NCBI GenBank assembly: GCA_051942205.1 | Contig: JAVECO010000155.1 | Span: forward strand, 1 to 57,141 | Source: Coniocarpon cinnabarinum | Lineage: Eukaryota | Length of the DNA: 57,141 nucleotides | Reading direction: 5' to 3' | Part shown: piece by piece, positions 1-11,199 of the stretch | Layout of the letters: every line of letters starts with the position of its first letter | How positions within the stretch are numbered: position 1 is the first letter of the stretch | Position numbers and translations under genes: made by a program | Notes under the pieces: model-generated | Told to the model about the DNA's origin: nothing | Database searches by the model: none | What the model saw: the letters and a program-made list of their open reading frames with translations, nothing else

Positions 1-123
1 CCCTCCTAAACACACTTTCCTCTTTGCCTCCTCTTCTCTTTCCGTCCTCGCCCAGCCCGCACCGATATCACGCATTTGCCGCTCGCTCCATCTGGCGTCG
101 AACGGTCATGGCTTGGTGGCCTA

Positions 124-1953
124 ATGCACGTAGTCAGTACAGATGAGGAGGGCTTACTCCTAGTCGACCTTTCTAATGCCGGCGTTCTTTGTCTTTTAGA
201 ATCTCGACCAATCACCCTTCTCAAGGAGGTTGCTCGAAGATCGACTCGCAAGTCGCTACCACCAGTAGCAGCTGAAGACCGAGCAATCCCCCCTCCGCCT
301 CCTCTGTCTCCGCGGCCGAGCCATCAACGGCCATTCTCTCCAGCACTTGTAGCTTCGCGATCGTCTAATGCAGCTGCTTCGCAGTCTCCGGCTCTGCTTC
401 AGCCAAAAAGTGCACAACAGCCTCAAGAACAAGATCCACTTGATGACAAGCCATGGGCGACACAGCCCGTTGACCGCTTGATTTGTGTTTTGGATGCTCA
501 AGGCTACGACTATGAGGACATCATCGACCATGTCAGACACAAGGTAAAGATTGCCCCAAGTCCAGGATCCGTGGCTGCTCAGACGTCGTCATTCCACCTA
601 ATACTTCTCTTTGCACATTTCTGTGACCGGCTGACAGTTCCTCTTGTACAGTTTCCTGCATTGCAGACGCGTGTCATTACTATCGACATGTTGCATTGTC
701 GACTGGCAATGTTGGATTACCGCATCGAGCTTGATTATTTCAGCAAGGGCATGAAGAAGGCTGAAAAAAAGGCAAAAAGGGCCAGAGAAGCTCGTGCAGC
801 CGAAACGTTCAACAAAGCGGAGGCGAGGCGTCGCAGAAAAGGTAAAGGCAAGGCCACGGAGCACTTTGCTCAGCATTCGGACTCTCTAGCAACAAGTCCC
901 AATTGGGGAGTTGAGGTTGACGTAAATGAAGCGCATGGGGGAAGTGACATGTTGAATTGGTCACGAGGCGCTCGTCACGGTAAGGCAATTGCTGAACGCA
1001 GTAATGTTGTCCCTCATGGAGAGTCTACAGGCATGGCAAGCTTATTAGCGTCCTCAGTGGAACATACTACGGATGTTGATCACAAGATAGAAGAAGAGCG
1101 AGAGCCAGAAGGTCCCGGCCACGTGAACAAGGAGCTCCAGAAGAATGAGCAATGCCCAACCATGAAGCCTATTTTCAACAATCTATCCAAGTCTAACGGA
1201 TACAAGGGCCGTGGCATTGAACATGGAAAGGCCATTCATCATGATCGTGATCAGAGTAATGTCTCAAGTACTGTCACGGGCACCACAGCTGTCAACCTTT
1301 CAACCGCAGACGATACCCGATCAGCACCTGAAGGCCTTGTATACACGCGTCCAGTGACTCCGACTACATCGGAGGTCAGCACTGCAGGGGCACGCAAGCT
1401 GGTTTCGTCATCCCTGCCTCTTAGTTCGCTGCAATCGGTACCACCAGTTGAGGATGAGGCTCCACAGAGTCGAGCGGCCAAGCTGGGCCGGGCAATACAT
1501 TCACCCGCTACTCAAAGCTGGATCCCAACGCCAAAAGGTAAGTTGCGAGTTGTTAATGGTCTGAACAAGGACGAGCTTCTTACATCGCCGCGCTCTACTC
1601 CAACGTCGAACCAGACTCTCGAAGAAGCGCCGCCAGCAAGCAGTTCTCCGGCTGCGTTTAAACGAAAACGGAGTGTGGACAAGATGACGGGCTTGCTGGC
1701 AAAGGAGAATCAGGCGCAGACAACGCACCATGTATCGAAAGCTGCTGCGGATGGGGATGATCGTCGCAGGAACGATACTGTGTTGGGTTCTCAGCACCAC
1801 GGGCAAGGCTCAGATGACAATCAGTCGTCCACGAAAGCTGATGTGGTTCATGACCCGACGAGCTCAGATCGTTCACGCAAAAGCCACGAGATTGCAGGTT
1901 CGCCCAAGGCAAAGGTTGGCAACCTTCGTCGCGCCGCGACCCCAGTTGGCTGA
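124..1953 (+). CDS. Hypothetical protein, largely low-complexity/disordered
   Basis: Uninterrupted ~610-codon ORF from ATG 124; Pro/Ser-rich, with a basic patch (KKAEKKAKRAR...RRRRKGKGK). No recognisable domain. The 5' end is uncertain and may extend off-window. Confidence 0.55.
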   Translation: MHVVSTDEEGLLLVDLSNAGVLCLLESRPITLLKEVARRSTRKSLPPVAAEDRAIPPPPPLSPRPSHQRPFSPALVASRSSNAAASQSPALLQPKSAQQPQEQDPLDDKPWATQPVDRLICVLDAQGYDYEDIIDHVRHKVKIAPSPGSVAAQTSSFHLILLFAHFCDRLTVPLVQFPALQTRVITIDMLHCRLAMLDYRIELDYFSKGMKKAEKKAKRAREARAAETFNKAEARRRRKGKGKATEHFAQHSDSLATSPNWGVEVDVNEAHGGSDMLNWSRGARHGKAIAERSNVVPHGESTGMASLLASSVEHTTDVDHKIEEEREPEGPGHVNKELQKNEQCPTMKPIFNNLSKSNGYKGRGIEHGKAIHHDRDQSNVSSTVTGTTAVNLSTADDTRSAPEGLVYTRPVTPTTSEVSTAGARKLVSSSLPLSSLQSVPPVEDEAPQSRAAKLGRAIHSPATQSWIPTPKGKLRVVNGLNKDELLTSPRSTPTSNQTLEEAPPASSSPAAFKRKRSVDKMTGLLAKENQAQTTHHVSKAAADGDDRRRNDTVLGSQHHGQGSDDNQSSTKADVVHDPTSSDRSRKSHEIAGSPKAKVGNLRRAATPVG

Positions 1954-2900
1954 GTCGTAGCAATACTAAATTTGAGCAGGTTCATTCGAACAGGACGTGG
2001 ATCATGAAAGAAATTGATAGAACCATAAGTCTGCACCACAGCACTACCAGCAAGCATGGAAAAAGAAGTAGTAAGACATTCTAGTGGAAGGGGCTCATGT
2101 AGTGGTTTTAGGTTAAGGAAGCGCATGACTTCATATCCATGGGTGTGATTACTGCGTTATTGTATTTGAAGAGCGATCTGTAGGTATCATGTTTGTTGAG
2201 TTGGGGTTTGCTGACTCCGTCATGCTCATTGTACACCCAAAGTTTTGGTCCTCCATCTCGCACCTCCAGTCTGACCTCCCAGACCTCGGAAGGTCTCCCA
2301 CACTCTCCCCCGCCCCTGCAATCAGCGAACATCGGTCATCATAGACCAGAGCGCCTTACTTCAAGATGCATCGCATCAGCAGTCCCGTCTCCCCTTTTCC
2401 GGCCAGAATCCGTTTGGTCAGATACCATGCGTCTGCTCCACAGGCTGGCGCCCAGCGCCGTGATGTATGCGATGGGGACATTCATTCGCTATGATCCTGG
2501 AATCATGTTCTTGATCTTGCAATCTCTGCGAGCGCATACCTGTTCTGCTGGGTGCTTCTTGGAAGTGACAGAATGCCTTCGTGTCGCACAAGCTGCGATT
2601 CTCTTGATGGATCCAGTCCCCTTCTTGAATGGGGCAGCGTTGCTGCGATGCTTGCTGCATGAGGATGATATGGAAGCTGCAATCTTGGTGAAGGGTATGG
2701 CTAGGGACAAGACGGAAGAAGCCTCTTTAATTGTGCCTAGAAGTTTCAAACAGAAGGGTCATTTCACCTGTTGCTTTGCTGACTACACCTAGCTCTCAAA
2801 TACACCATGCGCCAACTCGTGTAGTACTTCGATAGCTAAGCCTTTCAGTACTGGTCCATACAGCCTTGGCCCTTTCTGGCCGCCTCATGCTGCGCAGACA

Positions 2901-3719
2901 ATGGCATCACCTTCAGAAGACTGCAGCACGCTCTCAATTCTCAGCAGACTTCGGGACTCTGAGGTGATCCCTCCAGACTACACCATTCATTGCAAGGGGG
3001 AAGCGTTCCAGGCTCACAAGTTCATTCTGAAGTTACGAAGTGACTACTTCAGAGCCATGCTCTCGCCAACCACGGGATTCATCGAATCGGGCCAAGATGA
3101 AATCAACCTGGATCATGCATCTCCGCGTGCGCTGAGCGCCGTCCTCGACATCCTCTACAGTGACGATTACGAGTGCAAGCCAGATTTTGAGTATCACATC
3201 CAGATATCGGACCTTGCGAGCTACCTGCAGATCAAGCAAGTCGACAACGTCATCGCGCGCAAGATTTGTAGTGGCGATCCCATGCACGACTTCAAAGGTT
3301 GGCCAGACCACGCCAGCAACGACGCCCCTCACTATCTGCAGAAGATCTTTGCCAACGCTAGAATAGGCCACAGCGAGTTGGCAGTGGAGAAGATTACCGA
3401 ATTCTTCGTCGAATATTTGCACCACATGAACCCTCGGTCCCATGCTGAGGACATATTTGAAAGCACCCCCGCGCTCGCCGTGAGCATCGTTCAGACTCAA
3501 CAGCGTGAGAATCTGCTGAGACTCATGTGTCCGGCCTGTCGTGAGCTGAAGTCCTGCAACCCTAGCGACGACGTTGATTGTATTTTCATGCAGTGTGAGA
3601 ACTGTGGGTCCACTCAGCCGACGCTCGACTGGTTGAAAGCATGGTTGGGCTGGCCGAAGACTCTCGCATCGGCGAGGCGAGCCCGTGTTGGGGCCCTCCA
3701 CAACATCAGCTACCTTTGA
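2901..3719 (+). CDS. BTB/POZ domain protein with C-terminal CxxC...CxxC motif
   Basis: DYTIHCKGEAFQAHKFILKLRSDYFRAML...FIE...ILYSDDY is a typical fungal BTB signature. C-terminal CPAC...QCENC. Confidence 0.88.
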   Translation: MASPSEDCSTLSILSRLRDSEVIPPDYTIHCKGEAFQAHKFILKLRSDYFRAMLSPTTGFIESGQDEINLDHASPRALSAVLDILYSDDYECKPDFEYHIQISDLASYLQIKQVDNVIARKICSGDPMHDFKGWPDHASNDAPHYLQKIFANARIGHSELAVEKITEFFVEYLHHMNPRSHAEDIFESTPALAVSIVQTQQRENLLRLMCPACRELKSCNPSDDVDCIFMQCENCGSTQPTLDWLKAWLGWPKTLASARRARVGALHNISYL

Positions 3720-4026
3720 AGAACTGCTCATACTCACTGTGAGTTGGTCATCGTATCACCCGGATTGGCGATACTGTCGGGTATGGGCACCTCGGGTTGC
3801 TTCCTTCCACGACTGTGATTGCAATCAGGTGCATGTAGGATTGAAAAGACGGAGCTGTTAAATGATCTTCGAGTATCTGTTGTTCACCTTGTTCAGTACA
3901 CTAAATTCTATTGTCGTCGTGTTTCTTGCTCTTCCTGTTCTTCTTACTTTGATCACACTGACTTCGCGGATCCTGCACTTCCCAACCTTTGCAGTCTCCA
4001 GCTCATTCCGATCAGTCACAGCGATA

Positions 4027-5121
4027 ATGCCAGCTCTCAAACGCAGCCACTCTCTCTCCTCTCAGATCGCCACATCATTCACCACTGGGCGTGCCAGTGA
4101 CTTCACCATTCTCTGCCACGGCCACAGCTTTCCCGTCCACAAGTACGTCCTCCGCCTCCGCAGCGGCTACTTCGAGAGGCTCTTCTCAAGTCCTCAGCTC
4201 TATGTTGAGAACCAGAACAATCAGCTAGAGCTCAACGATGAAGATGTCCATCCTATCGTGCTCAAGGCGCTCCTGAACGCCGTGTATGGTGATGAGTATA
4301 AGCTTGACGTGAGTTCGTTGACCGCAATGCAATTAGCGGCGAAGGCGCAGGAAACTCAGCAGCGCAATACACCACATGGTGAAGCTGGAGGTGAGAATAC
4401 CGCGGAACCGTCACAAAAAGACGCAGACGATACAGCAAACCCTCCAGCGCGCCCGCAGCCCGATGCATGGCCCCAGCACAAATACCTCAAGTACCACGCC
4501 GCTGTCTCTCAACTCGCCGACCGCTTCCAGGTCCTCGGCATCGACAACCTCATCGTCGAACACGCCTTTACGGTCTTGAACGCCACAAACAGTACCTGGA
4601 AGACCCATTCCACGCTCGGACCCATTCGCAAGCGCCTGCGCAGTGACGACGAGTTCTTGGATGCCGTGAGCACCGTCTTTCTGAATGCAGGGAGGAACGA
4701 GAGCCCGGAGGCGCAGAAAGCACTCGTGGAGCTGCTCGTGGACCACTTGCCGGTGATGAACAAGCAAGCACGTTTCCAGGAGTGGCTGGCCAATACCGAC
4801 GGGCTGGCTGCTCTGGTGGTGCAGGAGATGCTTCGCGGAGCGAAGAGGGCCAAGTGTGCAAACTGTGGTGTGGTATGTGATGCGATACTGGCGAATCGTC
4901 AGTGTCAAGGGTCGACCGCTGACTGAGGTATCTAGATCGAACGGGGAGACATTGAGGACCTGCTACGTGGAGAGGATATTAGTAAGGGCACTAAAGCACA
5001 CGTGCTGGAAATATTTCGGGATGAGTACACGAAGCAATGCGAGAATTGCAATAGCATTTATCCGACGGCTTTGTGGTTGAGATTATGGGAGCAAGGACTT
5101 GGAGGTGCAAGTGGTGGGTAA
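4027..5121 (+). CDS. BTB/POZ domain protein with C-terminal CxxC...CxxC motif; join(4027..4872,4936..5121)
   Basis: SDFTILCHGHSFPVHKYVLRLRSGYFERLF is a BTB signature. A 63-nt intron (GTATGT at 4873, branch GCTGAC, TAG at 4935) removes the ORF-track stop and yields ...KQCENCNSIYPTALWLRLW, which matches the paralog. Confidence 0.85.
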
Positions 5122-5840
5122 TGCTCAGCGATGGAGACAGCGGATGGAGACACCGAAGTTACTTTGTTAGTGCTCCTGTCGTAGAAAATATGTGATTACT
5201 TGGTTGCGCACTTTCGTTGGGTTGTTTTGACCGTTGGCGTCCTCTATAAACATCTCCTAGATTTCATTCCTAGAGAAGCATAGTCAGCAAGCATATCATC
5301 GGAGACTTGTAGCAGGACTATACGCTTTGTCAGAACATCGAAGTACGTTAATCGGGGATAGCAGTGCTGACTAAACGTCAGAGTGCGAAAGAGCATAATG
5401 CCGGAACTCGAGAGCTCCAATGACTGGAAATTCTGCACTGGAGGAGCGAGATTGCCGTGGTGGAATGCAATTGATGAATGCTGGATTGCTACGAGACCGC
5501 GGAACCGATCATTGTGCTCTTAAATTGTTGACTCATCACAGAGCACTCGTACGAACCGCTTGAATGATCGTTTGTCCAAGTTCAGCGCTACTTGATATGC
5601 TTTGTGCTCCTAGCCACTCATTTCGCACGCGCCTGATTCCAAGTAACATCCACACTATGAGGCTCAGTATCAGACTCCTTGAGCTCCTGCAAAGCTGTTT
5701 CATGCAGTATTTCAAGACCAAATAGATGATCTCAACACATTGTCTTTGCCTCATGTGCTTGCGTGCCCGCCAGCCCTATCGAAGACGATCCCAAGCTCAC
5801 CGCAAAAATCGGGCGTGAGATGTGCTGCAAGACAGACGAC

Positions 5841-6481
5841 TCATGTGCGGATGTTCGACTTCAACCAGTAGAATAGTAGGCATGGACACTCTTTGACAAT
5901 CATCTGACTCTCGGGGCTTTCCATGACCTTGAGTTTGTAGGCGATATGATGCATTGAGACTTCTTCCTGTAACTTTTCATCCTCAACAGTATTCAGGACG
6001 TCGACAAAGTCGCGGAGACGGCTGCAGTCAATGGAGAAGATGGAGCCAAGTTTGATTTCCTTGAGATGCGTTGCAAACGCTTTGTCGAGACCTTTGACTA
6101 GCAGTCGATCAGCCAAGCAACTGACCTTTCGGACAAATTCACTCCAATTCTGGTTTTTGTATGGCGATGGTACATCAAAGTGGTCAGTATAGATGGCGAG
6201 TAGCAAAGCCTCCAGCATATCATCTTCGCAGTCAGAGATCTTTGCAAACCCATCTCGCGCTTCCTTCATGTCGCCAGTCGTAAGGGCGCGAAAGTACTCA
6301 GAGCGTGCGTTGACAATCACTTTATGAACGTAAAAAACTTTCTGTTGACCGTGGATTCGGAAATCGGCGCCATCTTCATTATTGAAGAGGCTGTAGTTCG
6401 TAAGCAGACAAGTTCCACATCACCACGTTAGACGACAGACCTTTTCATGGTGCCAATCAGCGAAGTGTCGGCCGACGACAT
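5841..6481 (-). CDS. BTB/POZ domain protein; complement(join(5841..6390,6441..6481))
   Basis: Splicing a 50-nt intron (6391..6440) gives MSSADTSLIGTMKSLFNNEDGADFRIHGQQKVFYVHKVIVNARSEYFRAL...IYTDHF. Confidence 0.85.
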
Positions 6482-6738
6482 AGCCTCGAGGTACTTCAGT
6501 TCGGAAAGGTGTCAAAGATGTTCCTTGTGTCCAGTCGCCTTCGGGGAGCTGGTTACAGAAATGTGCGCAGGGTTGAATGTTGACCAACAGATGGAAACTT
6601 TCAGTTGTATGAAGACTTTAACAATTGTATAACACATTGAAAATTACTGGTTGTCGAGGTGAGAGCTTGAACACACAGCAGTATGCAAGGTGAAAGGTAG
6701 ACTTTTAAAGCTACGCAGCCCATCATCTTGACCTTTTT

Positions 6739-6768
6739 GACGAACTCATCCGCGACGAACTCATCCGC
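6739..6768. repeat. Perfect 15-bp tandem duplication (GACGAACTCATCCGC x2)
   Basis: Read directly from the sequence. Confidence 0.9.
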
Positions 6769-6975
6769 ATCTTACTGATGTGCTTCTTGGCTAGTTCTTA
6801 ATGACGTCCAGTTAGTTTCATCGTTCGTTTGGTATCGAAAGAAATCCTTGTTATGCGTCATGGCTTTGCCGTTCGACATATCGCAATTCGTGCTTCCGAA
6901 CCAGGCAATCTAGTGTTCCAATACCCGGTAAGCGCCGCGGACAAAAACCGTTGCCGGATCTCGATTCTGTCGGCG

Positions 6976-7194
6976 AGCCTCTACGATGAGGCAACGTGGT
7001 TTGATTTATTTATCAGCAGTCTTGCGAAAGCTCCCAGTGTCCTCTACGGTGCTTCATTGTAATATGGCAACTACTTTTGTTTAGGGTCTCTACAGCCATT
7101 GACTGAAACACACGCAAAGCTGCCTAATACTTCATTGTCCGAGCAGCGTGCAAGCGTTTCTCCTCCACATTGCTGTCGTTACTCTGGCTTATAG
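6976..7194 (+). pseudogene. Probable degenerate BTB gene
   Basis: SLYDEATWFDLFISSLAKAPSVLYGASL*YGNYF aligns without gaps to the neighbouring BTB (SLFNNEDGADFRIHGQQKVFYVHKVIVNARSEYF). It has an in-frame stop and is preceded by a 50-nt GTAAGC...GAG intron-like segment at the equivalent position. Confidence 0.35.
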
Positions 7195-7336
7195 ACCGTA
7201 ATGACATCTCTTCCACGAGACTTCTAGATGCATTGACTTGAAACGTGATTCAGTAGAGCGTGGTCCTCGGGGTTGGCCAAACGCCAGGTCAGAAACTATG
7301 GAAAGCTCTGTCTTTTGCCTAGGGGAGCGTCAGGGC

Positions 7337-8485
7337 TCATTCGGTCCACTTCAGACTCCATATGTTCTTGCCGCATCGGAAATTCACTATTTCGGCATTA
7401 CTTTCTGAATGGCGTATCGACGTCTCGATCGTCTCGCCACCTGCCTCTAGTAGGATGCGCTCGTCCAGCCGGGAAGCGCTCGTGCCGACTTTATAGAACC
7501 TGTTGCCTCTCGCGCCCAGGAACTCACGCAAGATGTTTTCATTCACCGCAACGGCTTCAAACCATCCTTTACAGACGCCGTCTTCAAGCGCTGATATGAC
7601 AAGCTGCGTCGCATATGCTTGCGTAAAGCATCCAGCTGCAGCTTTTTTGTGAGGACTAGAATACTTTGCGTTGCTCAGATGTGGGGCGCTATCGCTGCCA
7701 AAAAAGAATTTGCTGCTTGGGTCCACAACCTCGCGCTGCAGCGCCACTCGATCGGAGGGCGTCTTTGCAGTAGGTTTGCAAAAGGCAAAACCATCTCCCA
7801 CTACATCGTCAACGGTGAGGAAAAGATGATGCGCAGTTATAGTTCCCGCGACCGTAGGACCGCAGTCACGGACCGCCTCAAGGGCAGCTTTGGTACTGGC
7901 ATGCTCCAGCACAATTCGAAGTCGGGGGAAGTCGTTATGGAGCTTGCGCAGCGTGGGCAAAAAGGCATGCTCAGCGTTGAGCACCGTCACAGCGCCTGGT
8001 TTGTCAGGATGTGTGGTGCTCTGTTGCACGTATTCTGGGCCGGAGTCGCATGTGCATCCCACCTCCCCATGTAGATTAAGCACCATGTCGACTTCTTGCA
8101 TTTCCCTAATGACGGGGTAGAAGGGCTCCAGGTCTAATACGCCAGCATCTGAGTTGGTTGTGACGCCGGCGGGATAAATTTTGATTCCCGAAATTCCAGC
8201 TTCTTTTGCTTCAATGACAGTAATGGGAGTGATGCTTGGGTGCATATACAGCGTCATCATGTAATTGACAGAAGAGTCAAGCTCACGAAGCTCACGGCGA
8301 TACTCGTTAGCTTGCTTCACAGTGGTGATTGGAGGTGTCAGGTTTGGCATGACATATACAGTAGAAACTCCGCCCCGCTTGATGGTCGGAACTACAGCAC
8401 GCATCATGTCCCCAGAGCGCAAATGCACGTGGAAGTCAGATGTTGGTGGTAATTCTATTCGCCTGAACGGTAAGGAAGACGACAT
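7337..8485 (-). CDS. URA4: Dihydroorotase (homodimeric type)
   Basis: DFHVHLR metal-binding motif, VMPNLTPP, KIYPAGVTTNS, LHGE, LEH and GSDSAPH. Intronless. Start placed at MSSSLP (8485); the ORF extends to 8608. Confidence 0.95.
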   Translation of the reverse strand: MSSSLPFRRIELPPTSDFHVHLRSGDMMRAVVPTIKRGGVSTVYVMPNLTPPITTVKQANEYRRELRELDSSVNYMMTLYMHPSITPITVIEAKEAGISGIKIYPAGVTTNSDAGVLDLEPFYPVIREMQEVDMVLNLHGEVGCTCDSGPEYVQQSTTHPDKPGAVTVLNAEHAFLPTLRKLHNDFPRLRIVLEHASTKAALEAVRDCGPTVAGTITAHHLFLTVDDVVGDGFAFCKPTAKTPSDRVALQREVVDPSSKFFFGSDSAPHLSNAKYSSPHKKAAAGCFTQAYATQLVISALEDGVCKGWFEAVAVNENILREFLGARGNRFYKVGTSASRLDERILLEAGGETIETSIRHSESNAEIVNFRCGKNIWSLKWTE

Positions 8486-9628
8486 CCTCGGAAGCCTAGC
8501 CCCAACACTGCATCTCGAATGCCCTATGCTATGCTCAGCGAGGAATGGATGAGGAATCGGCAGGAGGTGGGAGCGACATGTGCGCAAAGAATGCATTGTG
8601 CTACGCATGTGGATGTCGATATGCTGAGTGTGGCGGGCAAAATGAGTGAGAGCTCTGCGCTGTGTTCAGACCTCTCACGCAGTCACACACTCTTGTGATT
8701 GATTTCATGATTTAAGTTCGGATCAGACCATTAAATGTATCAACACAATTGCGTTACAATGAGGCAGAATTTGGTACGCACGATCAAGATCACGTGTTAG
8801 ATCCTTGGCAGTCGTTTGCTGCCGTTCGGTTGGACCTACTGCTTACCGGTCGTCTTCTATTTCGGGACCGCGACGATGCAGGGATGAGGAAGCATGGGCA
8901 TCCTTCGTTGTTGGTGTCGGCGGGCGAAATGAAGAGCTATCACAACAGGGCATCGCGCAAAGACGGCAAGGCGCCAAGGCGCGGGGACTTAGACGATGTT
9001 GCCGAATCTACCGAGCGCATGAGTCGAGGAATACAACCTCAGGGTCTTAGCCGAGGAGGAGCACAGAGGCCCTGGTCAATTCGCAAGGATCCGTCAAAGG
9101 TTGGGGCTGAGTATAACCAGAGCTTAATCGCGAGCCCCTCGTGCAATGAGTGCAAAGCGCAGGTGGTAGAGGATAAGTCGAGAGTATCTTGTCGGAAGCA
9201 TAGACATTTACGGAGGGATGCACGGACGGTGTTAAGAAGCCAGTGGGGAGAAGCCAGTGGCAGCACGATGGAAGCTTACTTGTTGTAATGCTTTCTACTT
9301 TCATGAAATTTGATGGGATTGAGTCTTGCCGACAGACTGAGCTCTGTCTTGACTGCATATACGCTGAAATCCAGTTGCCTCATCGACATGAGTCGACGCG
9401 ATATTGTGCAACGACAACCGTTGCATAGGGTATTGTAATTATACAGAGTGCTGCCGTAAAATCGTCGCAGGTGCCGCAATGCCGGAGCGGACACCTTTCC
9501 ATGCGTTTGCTGAAACAACCGACGAATCTAGGCAAGTGTGCAGCAATAATTGCGGGATTGTGGTCCCAGAATTGAAGCATTCATAGGTAGACCCAGAAAA
9601 CATGCTGGGGCTGGTCACGGACCTTTCG

Positions 9629-10291
9629 CTATTTTTTCTGCCCTTTCTTGCTCTTGGGAGGTCCGGTGGCCGTGATTTTCGAAGTCTGCATAAGCTCGCC
9701 GATGTAGGACTGGAGGAATTTGTTGCCACCTTCAAGCTTTTCATGCTCCGTCTTGACACTGTCAACCCTTTCGATAATTTCCAAAAGGCTAGACTGGAGT
9801 GCTTGGGACTGCCTGTCAACTTGTTAGACTTGCATGGTCGGACAACGGGGAAATTTTTGTACGGTAACTTACTCTTCAAGCGCTTGGCGAGCTTGCTCAC
9901 TCATTTGATGAATCTCGGCCTGGGAGCGTCGTGGACTCATGGCGCGTGCGTCGTTGTCGTCGTAGCGCTCGTCCTGGGCAACAGGTGACTGTTCGCGTGG
10001 GATGATGATGGTGCCACTGGATTTGCGTGTCCCTAAAGGAGGACGTTGGAGACGATGCTTTCGGCGTGACTGTCTGTCGACTGAGACGCCGGAGTCAGAT
10101 CTTTCACTGTTGCCGCTCTGACTGTGCGAGCTAGACTGCGCGTGATGCGGCAAAGAAGCCTCAGACGATGAGGTAGAGGTAGGCGAAGATTCGTGGATGG
10201 CAATCGATGTTGTGAAAGAGTCTCGACTGGCCAATTGAGCGGCTTGTGTAACTTCAGCTTGGGTCCGATCAGAGGCAGCGGCGTCGTCCAT
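9629..10291 (-). CDS. Short coiled-coil protein (SCOC/SLO1-like, DUF2205); complement(join(9629..9812,9873..10291))
   Basis: Intron 9813..9872 (GTAAGT...CAG). Exon 2 encodes LLEIIERVDSVKTEHEKLEGGNKFLQSYIGELM, the SCOC-type coiled coil. Confidence 0.8.
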
Positions 10292-11164
10292 ATGAGCCAG
10301 TATCGACGCAGTAGCTCAACATCGATAGCTCACAGGCGTGTGAGAGTAGATGCTATTGCATAGGGGAAGTCATCGAAAACTGGGTGGTGATGGTGATCTC
10401 TGCTTGTGATTGCCGCCGCGTCTAGTTATGGTGACAGGGGGGCACTGACTTCACTCCTTGTTCCAAACACAGAGTGAAGACGTGCTGGGGAGGAACCAAA
10501 GGCAGGCGTGTCCGGGTTGCTAAGCGTGATCGAGGAAGAGAGACGGGAAGAGTGCAAGGGCGTTGTGTCCAAGCAGAAGCGTGCGGTGGTTGGTAACAGG
10601 CAGTACAATGCGCAGCAGTGCTGGAAAGCCGGCTGAGAGATGGAGAGCAGTTAGCAGGAGCTGGGTGACGATTCGATATGACGATCGACGTGACGCCCTT
10701 TTGCTCGTCAGGGTGGAGTGAGCTTTTTGATAGGATGGTGAGTGTGACCGCGTCGGGAGAATCCTCGTTCAGGGATTGCCGCGAGCTAGGACGGATCGAA
10801 TGGGCAAGCGCGAAGGGTTGATGCAGCTGCTGGGAGGGGGCTTCGTGGAGCCGCGAAAAACAGCATGAAACCGAGAGGGGAGCAGCAGCGGGACGAGGCT
10901 TGAGGGCGACGGCACTGAACCGAGAAAAGTGGACTGGCGTGTGGTGAAAGCGCGCGGCGAGCGCTACAGGAGGGCAGGCGAAAGGAGCAGCGTCGGGCAG
11001 CCCACGACGGAATTTGGAGTGTGAGGTCAGGGTCAAGGCAGTCGGCGTGTCCAGCTAACGCAGAGGGTAGAGAGCAGGCGTAAAGGGAGGATGGTTGTTG
11101 TGGGATGTGAAGCAGACAGCGCGGATCCCTGGCAGCGGAGGCAGAAGGTCGAAGTATGAGGTAT

Positions 11165-11199
11165 GACGCAGGACGACGCAGGACGACGCAGGACGCAGG
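11165..11199. repeat. Minisatellite GACGCAGGAC x3 plus partial unit
   Basis: Read directly from the sequence. Confidence 0.85.

Noticed and set aside
2193..2792. 199-aa ORF upstream of the BTB cluster
   Set aside because: TTG start and no recognisable motif; cannot be supported as a gene.
3033..3737. 234-aa antisense ORF over BTB gene 1 (likewise those over GPX, CCC2, the WSC linker and lamA)
   Set aside because: These are shadow ORFs from codon bias or low complexity on the opposite strand of clear genes; no domains.
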